48,572 bases of DNA from a virus (IMGVR_UViG_3300028887_000066:307550-356121); one strand, 5' to 3'. Counted from the first letter of the stretch, positions 27,064-36,598 are shown. A program made the numbers and translations. The notes: a model not told the origin generated them from the sequence alone.

Positions 27064-27513
27064 TCAGACATCCTCCCTGCAAATTGAGATGAATTCATCT
27101 GCACTCAAAGTAGAACCACTGAACCAATCCTTCAATGTATCCTTTACAAAATTATACACATGACAGGTTTTGTTATACTGTACACATAATTGAATATCAT
27201 GCAGTGTCCCATGTGACTCTCCGTCCCAAAAACACACGCAGACATCACAATTTTTTATAATATCGACGTTTCTTATAAAACCTGCACGTTTGCCATACTT
27301 ATCCCAATCAGCTTTGAATATGGTTACAGGAATATTATTATCTTTACTATATTCCTCTCCAAGTGTGTCAGCACCCTTTGCACCACCGCTTACTATGGAG
27401 TCGATGTTATAATCATTCTTTTTTAATACCCATTCAAAGATTCTTTTGAACGTTGGCTTGTCATTGAATGTCCTTGATCCTACTATTGCAATGTTTACGT
27501 TATCCATCTTCAT
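27064..27513 (-). CDS. SLOG (YspA/DUF2493-like) nucleotide-binding protein
   Basis: IAIVGSRTF, IVSGGAKGADTLG, ADWDKYGKRAGFIRN, FWDGESHGT. Confidence 0.9.
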   Translation of the reverse strand: MKMDNVNIAIVGSRTFNDKPTFKRIFEWVLKKNDYNIDSIVSGGAKGADTLGEEYSKDNNIPVTIFKADWDKYGKRAGFIRNVDIIKNCDVCVCFWDGESHGTLHDIQLCVQYNKTCHVYNFVKDTLKDWFSGSTLSADEFISICREDV

Positions 27514-28316
27514 TAAAAGTTTTTAATGATAATTTCCTTGTTACCTTTCTGATTGATGTTTTCTTTATTTACGTTTTTCATACCGTATGTCGCTTCAAAT
27601 GGAATTATGTCAGCAAAACCGAACAAGTTTCTGATATACTCACAGTCATTGTAGGTAATAAGCCATTTATGTTCGCATTTCTTTAAGTCATCTGCAAATT
27701 TTACATGATCAAAATTCTTGTGTAAGTCTCCATTCTTACCATACAATGACTCATTCTCAATCGCATATGGCGGGTCTAAATATATGAATACATTTTTGCC
27801 TTCCTTTGAAATTACCCTTTCATAACTGTAATTTGTAATCCTGAGTCTCGGCTTCAATATCCTTACAAAGTCCTCAAGTCTGTTTATTGACGACTCTGTA
27901 AACCGTTTGTCATACGCAAGCTGTGAAAAACCGCCGCTTAATGTCGTTCCTGAAAAGCTTGTCCTATTAATAATGAAAAAGTATGCAGCCTTCATAAACA
28001 ACGGTACATCTTTCGCCTCAAGTCTTTCTCGTGCCATACTAAAAAGGTACTTGCCGTCTATATTTTCATATTTCAACGTCCTGATTGCGTTAATAACATC
28101 ATTCGGATGATAACGGCATTCCTTATAAAACCAATATAATTCCTTATACAGGTCATTTATCCAAAATTTTTTCTTGGGATACATCTCTTTCAACGCACAG
28201 AACATTGAGCCACCGCCTACGAATGGTTCCCTGTACTCATCAAAATTTGGAACGTGTTTTAAAAGTATATCGGTGGTCTTTGTTTTTCCGCCTGGATATC
28301 TTAAAGGTGATTTCAT
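27513..28316 (-). CDS. dam: Dam-like (D12 class) DNA adenine methyltransferase
   Basis: MKSPLRYPGGK, YREPFVGGGS, IYLDPPY; start ATG 28316. Confidence 0.92.
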   Translation of the reverse strand: MKSPLRYPGGKTKTTDILLKHVPNFDEYREPFVGGGSMFCALKEMYPKKKFWINDLYKELYWFYKECRYHPNDVINAIRTLKYENIDGKYLFSMARERLEAKDVPLFMKAAYFFIINRTSFSGTTLSGGFSQLAYDKRFTESSINRLEDFVRILKPRLRITNYSYERVISKEGKNVFIYLDPPYAIENESLYGKNGDLHKNFDHVKFADDLKKCEHKWLITYNDCEYIRNLFGFADIIPFEATYGMKNVNKENINQKGNKEIIIKNF

Positions 28317-28392
28317 AAATTTACTTAAATTGAGTTTTCTCTTCAAATATACGGTTAATTTTCTATTTTTATTAAAATATGGTTTAATGGTT

Positions 28393-28809
28393 ATGGAATA
28401 CAATATAGATTTTCTTCTTAATCAGTCAATGAAATTCAAAGACGAAAACGGTGACTTGGATAATGCCTTGAAATACGCTATGATTGCTGCATCGTTATCA
28501 TTTTCACCTAGGGCCGATGTGTGTTGCAATATAGGGGAAATATATCTAATGAAAGGTAATACCGAATGGGCAAAATTCTGGTACGAAAAAGCATTGCAAA
28601 ACACGACTGTATGGATAGATGAGAAACTTCCTGATGCAGAGTATTTTACGATAATACCAATGCTGAAATTGTGCTTTATATGCCACAAAATTGGTGATAT
28701 TGATGCGGCAAAGGAATATAACAATGCCGTACTTCTCATTGACCCTAAAAATGAAATAGCGTTATCCAATGAAAAAGAGTTTAGCAATAGCGATAAAAAT
28801 GCCTCATAA
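28393..28809 (+). CDS. TPR-repeat protein
   Basis: PRADVCCNIGEIYL...AKFWYEKAL and IGDIDAAKEYNNAVLLIDP. Confidence 0.75.
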   Translation: MEYNIDFLLNQSMKFKDENGDLDNALKYAMIAASLSFSPRADVCCNIGEIYLMKGNTEWAKFWYEKALQNTTVWIDEKLPDAEYFTIIPMLKLCFICHKIGDIDAAKEYNNAVLLIDPKNEIALSNEKEFSNSDKNAS

Positions 28810-28840
28810 ATGGTATTTATATTAAAAATGTATATTTATC

Positions 28841-29272
28841 ATGCTTACAGAAAACATAAAGAAAAGACTGGAAGACAAATTATATAACGTACTAAAGGAG
28901 TCGCTTACCGAATCTGATTTCTTCGGTGGTGACTTTATGCAATATGAAAAAAAGGAGGAACCAGAAAACGATAAAGAAGATGATCAGAAAGATGAGCATC
29001 ACAGCCAACTTTTGAAATTGTCAGATTATCAGGATATGGGTAATGAGATATATGGTAAACTGAAGACCATAATACCTATCCTCACTTCCACATATGACAG
29101 CGATGTAAACACATATAACCTCACACACTCACAGCTTTCTTATGAAATGTACGGGGATCTTGACCCTGATACCGCAAGAAGCAAATTCTCACAAAAGGTT
29201 ACAGGTAAGAAACGTTTCACCGCAAAGGAAATTAACCAGCTTTTTAATATAATAAGCGGTAAAATTGCTTAA
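28841..29272 (+). CDS. Hypothetical protein with LKES/LTE N-terminus and C-terminal HTH-like region
   Basis: LTHSQLSYEMY...TARSKFSQKVTGKKRFTAKEI; TATTTAT at 28814-28820. Confidence 0.6.
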   Translation: MLTENIKKRLEDKLYNVLKESLTESDFFGGDFMQYEKKEEPENDKEDDQKDEHHSQLLKLSDYQDMGNEIYGKLKTIIPILTSTYDSDVNTYNLTHSQLSYEMYGDLDPDTARSKFSQKVTGKKRFTAKEINQLFNIISGKIA

Positions 29273-29345
29273 TTCTGAGATTTTTACTTATAGTAAAATC
29301 CTATCGAGACTTCTGATACTGAGTCAGTTAATCAGTGTTAAACAT

Positions 29346-29375
29346 AATAGGTGGTTCATTTTTGAACCACCTATT
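29346..29375. terminator. Terminator between convergent genes
   Basis: AATAGGTGGTTCA-TTTT-TGAACCACCTATT perfect stem. Confidence 0.85.
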
Positions 29376-29385
29376 CTTGTCTATA

Positions 29386-30246
29386 TTAAATAGCTAACTT
29401 GTATTCCCCTCTGTTCTCCCTAAGATACTTGATAATGTTGTTTTTTAACTGATTGATGGTCATTTCATCCATTTCATATTTATCACCAATTTCTTCGGTA
29501 GAATATTGTCTGTCATACCCGATTCCAAATGCCATCTTGATAATATCCTGTTGTTTCGGGGATAATGTGGATAGAATGTTGTTTACGAGCATTTTGTTAT
29601 ATGTCTTGTCCGTTTCAGTGTCATACTCATTGACAGATGATGTCCTGTCATTGAAATCTGTATTTTCCTCAACCGTATAGTCATCATCCAATTCCTCGTT
29701 TATCGATGCTACATTAAGGTCATACACATCGCTGATGTCCTTTATATCAATGTCATACTTTTCCTTAATCATATCGATAATTTCATCGGATGTCGGATTA
29801 TAGCCATGTTCACACATAAATGCCTGCTTGACATATTCTATTTTCTTGCCAAGCTTCATATTATTCGACTTATTGATCAAATTATTCGTGGTCGTAAGGT
29901 AATAGTTCATTGAACGTCTGATGTACCAAACGGCATGAGTAATGAATTTAGTCCCCTTCGTAACATCAAAAGTATCAATAGCCGTAATTAATCCGATGTT
30001 ACCTTCATTTACGTAGTCAAGAACCTCATTTTCATCCTTTGAATATATCTTTGCCAAGGAATATACAAAACGTTGGTTACGCTGAATAATCTCTGTTTTA
30101 GCCTTTTCGTCACCTTCCGCAATACGTTCAAATAAGGCAACTTCTTCTTCCACAGTAGGTACTTTGTACTTCCTGATGTCATTCAAATAGTTATTTAGTG
30201 CCTTGTCACCACTGTAAAATTTACATGAATAGTCTGAAATGTTCAT
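29386..30246 (-). CDS. RNA polymerase sigma-70-family factor (regions 1.2-4)
   Basis: YLNDIRKY, NQRFVYSLAK, EGNIGLITAIDTFD, FITHAVWYIR, YSTEEIG. Confidence 0.92.
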   Translation of the reverse strand: MNISDYSCKFYSGDKALNNYLNDIRKYKVPTVEEEVALFERIAEGDEKAKTEIIQRNQRFVYSLAKIYSKDENEVLDYVNEGNIGLITAIDTFDVTKGTKFITHAVWYIRRSMNYYLTTTNNLINKSNNMKLGKKIEYVKQAFMCEHGYNPTSDEIIDMIKEKYDIDIKDISDVYDLNVASINEELDDDYTVEENTDFNDRTSSVNEYDTETDKTYNKMLVNNILSTLSPKQQDIIKMAFGIGYDRQYSTEEIGDKYEMDEMTINQLKNNIIKYLRENRGEYKLAI

Positions 30247-30292
30247 TATTATAAAAAATTAAAATTTTGTTATTATCGGTTTGTTTTCGATG

Positions 30293-30324
30293 CAAAGATA
30301 GGATTAAATTTTCACACGGCCAAA
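30293..30324 (-). promoter_or_regulatory. Bacteroidetes-type promoter for the first sigma factor
   Basis: TTTG (30324-30321), 20-nt spacer, TATCTTTG (30300-30293) then CA. Confidence 0.8.
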
Positions 30325-30337
30325 TACGTTATGTTTA

Positions 30338-30730
30338 TCAACCGCAATATTCCCAAATTTTCTCGTAATCCTTGCATTTGTATGTCCCTTCTTTGAGACC
30401 GCCCTTATTACAGTACCAATGTACAAGGCTTTCTATATATTCTATATTGCTTACAATATAGGTGTGTATATCCCACATATAATCCTCTAATTCCTGAGGG
30501 AATCTCGGCCCCATAGGATCTTCCTCCGTACCCTTAATGTGTTCATCATATCTTCCTATAATATAGGAAATGTCCTCCAACGCAAATGAACCTCCGTATA
30601 GGCTAAAGAAATCTATACCCCAACTCAATTCTGTCTTCTTTTCATTATTGATGTCTGGAAGCTTGTTAAAATGAATATTTGAAACAAGTGCCAAAATATC
30701 CTTTGTCAATTTAATCTTAATTGTTGCCAT
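30338..30730 (-). CDS. Hypothetical protein
   Basis: ORF track. Confidence 0.75.
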   Translation of the reverse strand: MATIKIKLTKDILALVSNIHFNKLPDINNEKKTELSWGIDFFSLYGGSFALEDISYIIGRYDEHIKGTEEDPMGPRFPQELEDYMWDIHTYIVSNIEYIESLVHWYCNKGGLKEGTYKCKDYEKIWEYCG

Positions 30731-30763
30731 TATTTATTAGTTTTTATTTATTTTCTTAGATAA

Positions 30764-30994
30764 CTATATATTATTTGACTCTTCTATATAAGAATTACAA
30801 GACAAAAGACCTTCTTGATAATTTTCAAGGTAATCTTCAATCGAGTGTCCTATTGCCTTTTCTAAAGGATTTTCTTCTAAGGCTTTTTGTGCCTTTTCTT
30901 CGTTTTTGTACAAATTAGTGTGATAACTTAAGAAATCTTCATTCCATTTCTTAACATATTCATCGTCAATTTCTATTTCTATTGTCTTTTTCAT
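30764..30994 (-). CDS. Hypothetical protein
   Basis: ORF track; ATG 30994 preferred. Confidence 0.6.
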   Translation of the reverse strand: MKKTIEIEIDDEYVKKWNEDFLSYHTNLYKNEEKAQKALEENPLEKAIGHSIEDYLENYQEGLLSCNSYIEESNNI

Positions 30995-31032
30995 ATGTAA
31001 AAATATTATCTGTGAAACGTTAACATATACCA

Positions 31033-31713
31033 TTATTCCACTTGTGGGTCTAATTGTATATAATTTCCTTTTCTTATCTCCCCTTTCCTTGGTATGTACT
31101 TATAATCCTCAGGCATTTTTGAAAATATACCATATCGCCTCCTCCATTCTATTTTACTTCTCTCCGCAATATAATCTTCAATATTCATTTCTTTTCTCTT
31201 AAACCTGCCGTGCAGAGTGGCGATTTCAACGAACATATCCTTTACATAATCACGCTGTTCATAATCATACACAGTAACATAAGATTCTTTGAAACAATTT
31301 TCAAAAATCTCTAATATTCTGTCTTTATTACCGTTTCCGTCGAACTTGTCAGCTCCAAGGATAGGCGTACCTATTTCTTTTCCGTCAAATTTCTCGGCAA
31401 TACTTGTCAAACACCTCTCCAATGCATCGTACTTTACATAGTCCGAACAACAACCGTTCCTATAGCAAGGAGTAGTATACATATAGCATAGGCAAAATAT
31501 GATTCCGTTGCAGTCAATAGGATTTATTGTGCCATATTTTCTAATGTCACCATACGATGACTCATTCTGTTTTTCCTTTACATACGGGAAATTCAGTGCC
31601 ACCTCATATTTGAATCCCTTACTCATATAATTGTTTATACTCATGGGAACCAATATGACATCATATTTGAAAACATCGTTGATTAGGTTAATGCCGTTAA
31701 TTATTCTCAACAT
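31033..31713 (-). CDS. Macrodomain-like protein (TARG1/DarG-like) with a C-terminal extension
   Basis: DVILVPMSINNYMSKGF...YDALERCL...IGTPILGA...GNKDRI follows the macro-fold motif order. Confidence 0.6.
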   Translation of the reverse strand: MLRIINGINLINDVFKYDVILVPMSINNYMSKGFKYEVALNFPYVKEKQNESSYGDIRKYGTINPIDCNGIIFCLCYMYTTPCYRNGCCSDYVKYDALERCLTSIAEKFDGKEIGTPILGADKFDGNGNKDRILEIFENCFKESYVTVYDYEQRDYVKDMFVEIATLHGRFKRKEMNIEDYIAERSKIEWRRRYGIFSKMPEDYKYIPRKGEIRKGNYIQLDPQVE

Positions 31714-31957
31714 TTTCTTTTACAACATACTTAAATGCTATTCCACCTACATTTACAGATATTTCATCGCCGTAATCAGGTGTTTTCTCTTTGTTTTCAG
31801 GAATTTTATAGAAAAAATCTTCATTCAATTTATTGAGTTGTTCTTTCGTATCAACCTCGGTTACAATTGAAAACCCATACTTATCAAACCCATTATCTTT
31901 TAACAAGTATGCCAATTCCATCATCTTGTCATATTTGATTATATCCCTTAACTGCAT
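31697..31957 (-). CDS. Hypothetical protein
   Basis: ORF track; overlaps neighbours. Confidence 0.7.
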   Translation of the reverse strand: MQLRDIIKYDKMMELAYLLKDNGFDKYGFSIVTEVDTKEQLNKLNEDFFYKIPENKEKTPDYGDEISVNVGGIAFKYVVKENVENN

Positions 31958-32205
31958 ATTCTGAATAATTTTTTGAAAAATTTACGTATTTTATTATTTT
32001 TCGTGGTCTCTTGTTCAAGTTGGGCGTTATTGGCTTCACGTATCTCCTGCTTAATAGTATCACCAAGCCCGTTTAAGAGGCTCTGAGCCATTTTTTCCTT
32101 CGTCTTGGTCAGTTCTATCCCACCAATGCTTCTATCGGCTCTGAGACCTGTTATTTCGCGTCCTACGGCTTCATTTATATCTAACCCACTATTCTCCATC
32201 TTCAT
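31948..32205 (-). CDS. Hypothetical protein
   Basis: ORF track. Confidence 0.65.
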   Translation of the reverse strand: MKMENSGLDINEAVGREITGLRADRSIGGIELTKTKEKMAQSLLNGLGDTIKQEIREANNAQLEQETTKNNKIRKFFKKLFRICS

Positions 32206-32584
32206 TTACCTCCTCGTCCTCGAAAATCGGGGTATTCTTATCAATATAATCGTCCAAATTCCATATAAAACGACACACACCACCTGTGAGACAAGCGTCC
32301 ATTATCATTGCAAGCCACCAAAGGTTAGTACCGTTAAGTATCATATTAAATGGGGTAATAGGAATGGGAAGAAGAAACCAATTAAACAATGAAAATGCCC
32401 ATCCTAAATTTGTCGGAAAACAAAGCATGCATTTGAATAGCATCCCGAAATTATCCCCAATATTGTCAGCCCACATTCTGAGTCTGAAAAAGACATTGGC
32501 GGGGCCTATTCCCTGTGTTACAATGACACTGAATCCATATGCAAAGAGAATATAACAGAAAAAGACAAACCAACTAATATTCAT
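32189..32584 (-). CDS. Small membrane protein (DUF1360-like)
   Basis: Three hydrophobic segments with CMLCFPTNLGW. Confidence 0.6.
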   Translation of the reverse strand: MNISWFVFFCYILFAYGFSVIVTQGIGPANVFFRLRMWADNIGDNFGMLFKCMLCFPTNLGWAFSLFNWFLLPIPITPFNMILNGTNLWWLAMIMDACLTGGVCRFIWNLDDYIDKNTPIFEDEEVNEDGE

Positions 32585-32586
32585 TC

Positions 32587-33108
32587 CTATTCCTCCGTCA
32601 TAGATTTGGCCAACTCCATCATTGAGTCAACTGAATTATCGTTTTCGGTCACTTGTTCTGTTTTTTCAGGTTCATTTATGACCACTTCTTCCGTTTTTGG
32701 GAATTTTTTTGTCTTCTTTGCCTTATTTTTCTTCGGCATTTTCTTGAACGTGAACTCAAGGGTCTTGAGTTTGTCAATAGGTTCTGTATATATCAGGTTT
32801 TTAAGTATTTCGGCTTTTTCCCTGAAGATATTAGCCCTTTCCTCAATAGTAAGATTAAATTCAATGGTATAGTCTATCGCATTGAATATTGCCTCGATTC
32901 CATTTGTGTTTTCCGTAAGATCGGCAAAGAAGTATATACCGTTTGCCGTTTCCGTGTCCTTTTTATATTGCACCCCATGCACTTTTACAAGGTCTGATGG
33001 TACAGTCCATCCATTAGGTGTCTTGATCAATGAATATGCCACATTTTCGGCAATGTTAAATAACACGAAATATGGCTTTGCCTTATTTATCCTTTCCTGT
33101 AACTCCAT
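32587..33108 (-). CDS. Hypothetical protein
   Basis: ORF track. Confidence 0.75.
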   Translation of the reverse strand: MELQERINKAKPYFVLFNIAENVAYSLIKTPNGWTVPSDLVKVHGVQYKKDTETANGIYFFADLTENTNGIEAIFNAIDYTIEFNLTIEERANIFREKAEILKNLIYTEPIDKLKTLEFTFKKMPKKNKAKKTKKFPKTEEVVINEPEKTEQVTENDNSVDSMMELAKSMTEE

Positions 33109-33109
33109 T

Positions 33110-33304
33110 TTATACCAATGATGTTCCTGTAAAAATTATTGTAAAAATGTACGATACCGCACATGCAAGCAGCCAAAGCCTCTTATTGGATATATCCATT
33201 TTCGTGTTTTCCATCCATGCCATTACGAAAAGCATTGTTTCCTTCAACACTATCAGAATTGACAATACCAACACGAATACTACTATTTTTGTCAAAATAA
33301 CCAT
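33110..33304 (-). CDS. Small two-TM membrane protein
   Basis: Two hydrophobic helices. Confidence 0.65.
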   Translation of the reverse strand: MVILTKIVVFVLVLSILIVLKETMLFVMAWMENTKMDISNKRLWLLACAVSYIFTIIFTGTSLV

Positions 33305-33436
33305 AATATTCTTTATATATTTTATTAAAGATACAAAAAATTACTTAAATTTCAAGGTAAACAGAAATAAAAAAACCCCACACCGATAAAACGATGTGAG
33401 GAAAAACTAATAAAAATGTGAACTATGGAAAAAGCA

Positions 33437-34084
33437 TTATTTCGTTACCTTGATTGTCCTATTGTAAAGTATCCTTGACGACGGGTTGCTGTTTACCGCA
33501 TCTATCTGAATATATTTAGTACCCCACCTGAAGAAAAGGAACTTTTTCGGAACTCTTGTCGCAACTATATTAAGGGTATCATTGCCCTCATACGTACATT
33601 CAACGTTGTTTCCGTCTATGATTCCGTGTATATGGTTCCATGAATCACTCCAATTAAAATGCTTCACGTTAGCCACTGTAAGCGTATCCCTTATTATCAC
33701 TGTATCCCTCAATTGAGTAACAACGGTGATGCTTGTGTTCGTAGCCGTAGTTGACACGCTTTCGACCCTCTTCAATTTCAGTTTGAGGTCTTTTATCACC
33801 TCTACTTGCTCCTGGCACATTTTCTCAAACTCGTCCTTTTTCAGCGTAAGTTCGGTCACTCTTGCCGCATTCTTGCCGCTTTCCGTCTGATAATACTGAA
33901 CTTTCTCCGTCAATGCTGTCTGATTATTTGAAAGCCTGTCATTCTCATCCGACAGTTTCCCGTTCTTTATGAACAGCCAATAAACGCCTATTGTCATCAA
34001 AACCGCATAGGCTATGATGACTAATAAATAGTTTTTCTTCAGGAATGAAAAAACTGTGTTGATTATGTTTAAAATTGCTATCAT
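33437..34084 (-). CDS. Membrane-anchored coiled-coil protein, spanin-like
   Basis: N-terminal TM, coiled coil, then beta-rich region ending FLFFRWG; next to a holin-like gene. Confidence 0.5.
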   Translation of the reverse strand: MIAILNIINTVFSFLKKNYLLVIIAYAVLMTIGVYWLFIKNGKLSDENDRLSNNQTALTEKVQYYQTESGKNAARVTELTLKKDEFEKMCQEQVEVIKDLKLKLKRVESVSTTATNTSITVVTQLRDTVIIRDTLTVANVKHFNWSDSWNHIHGIIDGNNVECTYEGNDTLNIVATRVPKKFLFFRWGTKYIQIDAVNSNPSSRILYNRTIKVTK

Positions 34085-34089
34085 TATCT

Positions 34090-34800
34090 TTACCTGTTCT
34101 TAACTCTCTCTCCATCAAGATAAGGAGAAATCTTTGATGAATATCTGTGGAGTACATTATCCATCGCATCCAAGTCCACCCTGTCCCCCTTGCTGAATGT
34201 CATACCTATAAAGCCTATTTCGTATTTGCTTCCGTATATCATTGCAAGACATACATAATATGCGTCATTTGATTCGAGTTTCAAGGCAAGCCTTTTGTCT
34301 ATCATTTCAAGCTCCTCTATTGTTCCGTGCCAATTGCCGTCCTTATGGACTTTTGAAAGCAACGGGTATCTGTCAAGTGTGAAGTCAAGATAGTCTTCTC
34401 TTATAGACTCAGCACCAGTTCTGTCACTTTCATAGGTCAATGAACCATAGTTGAATGACAATCCAGATGCATTGTACTTACCATTATGCATTTCTATAAC
34501 AAATGACCTGAGTGCGCCCGTCTCATGCACCATGTTATCCATAATCGACTGTACTACAGGAGTTGATTCCATCCTATAGTTGAACGATTGCATATGCTGT
34601 TGCTCCTCGTACTCCTTGTACCTCTCAAAAATCACAGCGGGATTCAGTGCGATGTATGTCGTATATGATACAAAAACCATCAGGAAAGCGGAGAATATTA
34701 TCTTAACGTAACCGTATGAATCAACTAATTTAAGAACCCCTCCTATGATTCCGAAACTGCTTTTGTCCATCTCCTTACCGTCGTGTTTCTTTGTTGCCAT
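34090..34800 (-). CDS. Holin-like protein (TM plus periplasmic GAF-like domain, T4 gpT architecture)
   Basis: N-terminal TM then GALRSFVIEMHNG...GLSFNYGSLTYE. Confidence 0.5.
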   Translation of the reverse strand: MATKKHDGKEMDKSSFGIIGGVLKLVDSYGYVKIIFSAFLMVFVSYTTYIALNPAVIFERYKEYEEQQHMQSFNYRMESTPVVQSIMDNMVHETGALRSFVIEMHNGKYNASGLSFNYGSLTYESDRTGAESIREDYLDFTLDRYPLLSKVHKDGNWHGTIEELEMIDKRLALKLESNDAYYVCLAMIYGSKYEIGFIGMTFSKGDRVDLDAMDNVLHRYSSKISPYLDGERVKNR

Positions 34801-34815
34801 TCCAAATAGTAGTTT

Positions 34816-35661
34816 TTAGTTTTTCTTGCCTCGCGCAATATCCATTATATCTTTGAACGTCTTGTCTTCGTTCATCCTGTCTGCTATCTCCTGTCGGCCA
34901 CAAGTCTCGTTTCCGTTATACCCCATCAACTTGTGGATTTTATTGACCTGCTCATTCATAAGCTTTTCATTCTTATGACTTACGATATGAACTTCCACGT
35001 TTCCGCTTCTTTCACTTTTCACACATTCAAGGATATACTCGTTTCCTGCGATGTCGTTAACGTAAATTTTCTGACCGTCTTTCTTGTATTCATCAGGAAT
35101 CCTTGCATATACCTGTGTTTCATTAATGAAGCGCGTGTGCTTGAAAATGAGCTTCTTCGGCTTTAACACAGCTTTGCCTTCGTTAAGATGATTCTGATCA
35201 AATATCTTGTCAGGAAGCTCCCTTGCTACAAGTCCAGCCTTTTGAATCATCTTTTTGTTTTTCTCTCGCTCATCGCGTGCGTCATTGAACTGTTTAAGGA
35301 TTCTTCCGTCATCGTCCATCTCGACACCCCCACGTTCATTACCATTTTTCTCCTCAAGGTCTGATGTGTAACCTTTAGCCTGTGCCTCGACACGTGCCTT
35401 ATATTTATCGTCAGGCTCAACGGAGGGATTATAGTCCAATGTAGTCCTGTTGCCGTCCTTTTTCTCAGGAAGTTCGGGCTTTTTCTGATCCTTCAGTCCG
35501 CCATCGTAGTCTTTTGCCCTCTTTTCACTCTCCTTGTAGGACTTGTCATTGTTGCGCTTGTTCTCAGACTCTACGTTAGGCCCTAATTTTGCCTTGAACT
35601 CATCCGAACTTTCCTTGATGATGCGCTTCAGTTCTCCCACTTTGTAAGAAATCGTTTCCAT
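34816..35661 (-). CDS. Hypothetical, probably head-associated protein
   Basis: VGELKRIIKES N-terminus; internal LNE/INE/MNE sites. Confidence 0.65.
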   Translation of the reverse strand: METISYKVGELKRIIKESSDEFKAKLGPNVESENKRNNDKSYKESEKRAKDYDGGLKDQKKPELPEKKDGNRTTLDYNPSVEPDDKYKARVEAQAKGYTSDLEEKNGNERGGVEMDDDGRILKQFNDARDEREKNKKMIQKAGLVARELPDKIFDQNHLNEGKAVLKPKKLIFKHTRFINETQVYARIPDEYKKDGQKIYVNDIAGNEYILECVKSERSGNVEVHIVSHKNEKLMNEQVNKIHKLMGYNGNETCGRQEIADRMNEDKTFKDIMDIARGKKN

Positions 35662-35713
35662 TTTATAAACTAAGCTAATTTATTCTGTCTTATTTTTACT
35701 TAAACATCTTTAA

Positions 35714-35929
35714 TTACCAAGGGTTTCTGTATTTTCCATACATAGTACCGATTTGATCGAAAGAAAACATTCCTTCCATTATTTTCTGTTCTTCCATCCT
35801 GTATATTTTATGCATATCAGGCTGAACATTGTTTTTTTCCTCTTCAATCTCCTTTGTAAGACACTCTATTCTGTCATGTGTCTTCATATTATAGAGGTTG
35901 TTATATGGATATTGTGGTGTAGTTTTCAT
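35714..35929 (-). CDS. Hypothetical protein
   Basis: ORF track; abuts the upstream stop. Confidence 0.65.
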   Translation of the reverse strand: MKTTPQYPYNNLYNMKTHDRIECLTKEIEEEKNNVQPDMHKIYRMEEQKIMEGMFSFDQIGTMYGKYRNPW

Positions 35930-36592
35930 TTATCTGTCATAACACGGGTCTTTTTTACCGTCTGATGTCTTTAACACTAACCCGTTTGCGGTATAATCCC
36001 CCATCGCACCGACATTAGTTGTTGCTGTGGCTTCATCCAATCCGATTTCCATATCGCCACCATTTATTGAATTTATAGTATCTTGTATATAATCGAATTG
36101 TCTTTGGGTGACATATATATTTTTCTTCGGTTTCTTTTTCTTCTCACCCTCATACAATGCGTGCTGCCTCACTGGACTATTTGCATTGAATGGTACATCA
36201 TATTCCATCCCGTTTGTGCCTCCTACTGAACCGCAGCTTGCGCACTCATCTATTTCCTCGGTCTTTTCCTTTTCGGGCAAATTCTTCTCGAAATATTTAG
36301 AGTATATCCTGTGTATCTTTGTCTCGAAATTCTTTTTCCTTACCTTATATTTTACAATGTATGTAGGTTTTTTCAAGTCAGAATCCGTCTGATCCTTAAT
36401 ACTTTCTTTTCTTTCAAGCACCCCTTTGTCTAACAGGACGTTTATGATTTTCGTTTTCCCGAAATCCCTATCCTTCAAGTATTTTGAGGGTGATGCCTTT
36501 ATCGGGTCTGAGATGAGCTTTGACAGGAATGCCCGTATCTCAGAGTAAAATCTGTAAAACGTAGTCTCCAACTGTTCCTTATCTTTACTCAT
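35930..36592 (-). CDS. Hypothetical, probably head-associated protein
   Basis: IDE|CASCG, LYE|G and LDE|ATATT candidate processing sites. Confidence 0.65.
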   Translation of the reverse strand: MSKDKEQLETTFYRFYSEIRAFLSKLISDPIKASPSKYLKDRDFGKTKIINVLLDKGVLERKESIKDQTDSDLKKPTYIVKYKVRKKNFETKIHRIYSKYFEKNLPEKEKTEEIDECASCGSVGGTNGMEYDVPFNANSPVRQHALYEGEKKKKPKKNIYVTQRQFDYIQDTINSINGGDMEIGLDEATATTNVGAMGDYTANGLVLKTSDGKKDPCYDR

Positions 36593-36598
36593 AATGTA

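Noticed and set aside
28174-28403. Long 5' extensions of the TPR ORF and the Dam ORF in the ORF track
   Set aside because: They overlap each other antisense; family motifs begin at ATG 28316 (dam) and ATG 28387/28393 (TPR).
33945-34169. Overlapping minus-strand ORF as an embedded o-spanin
   Set aside because: No lipobox or signal peptide, and it straddles two genes.
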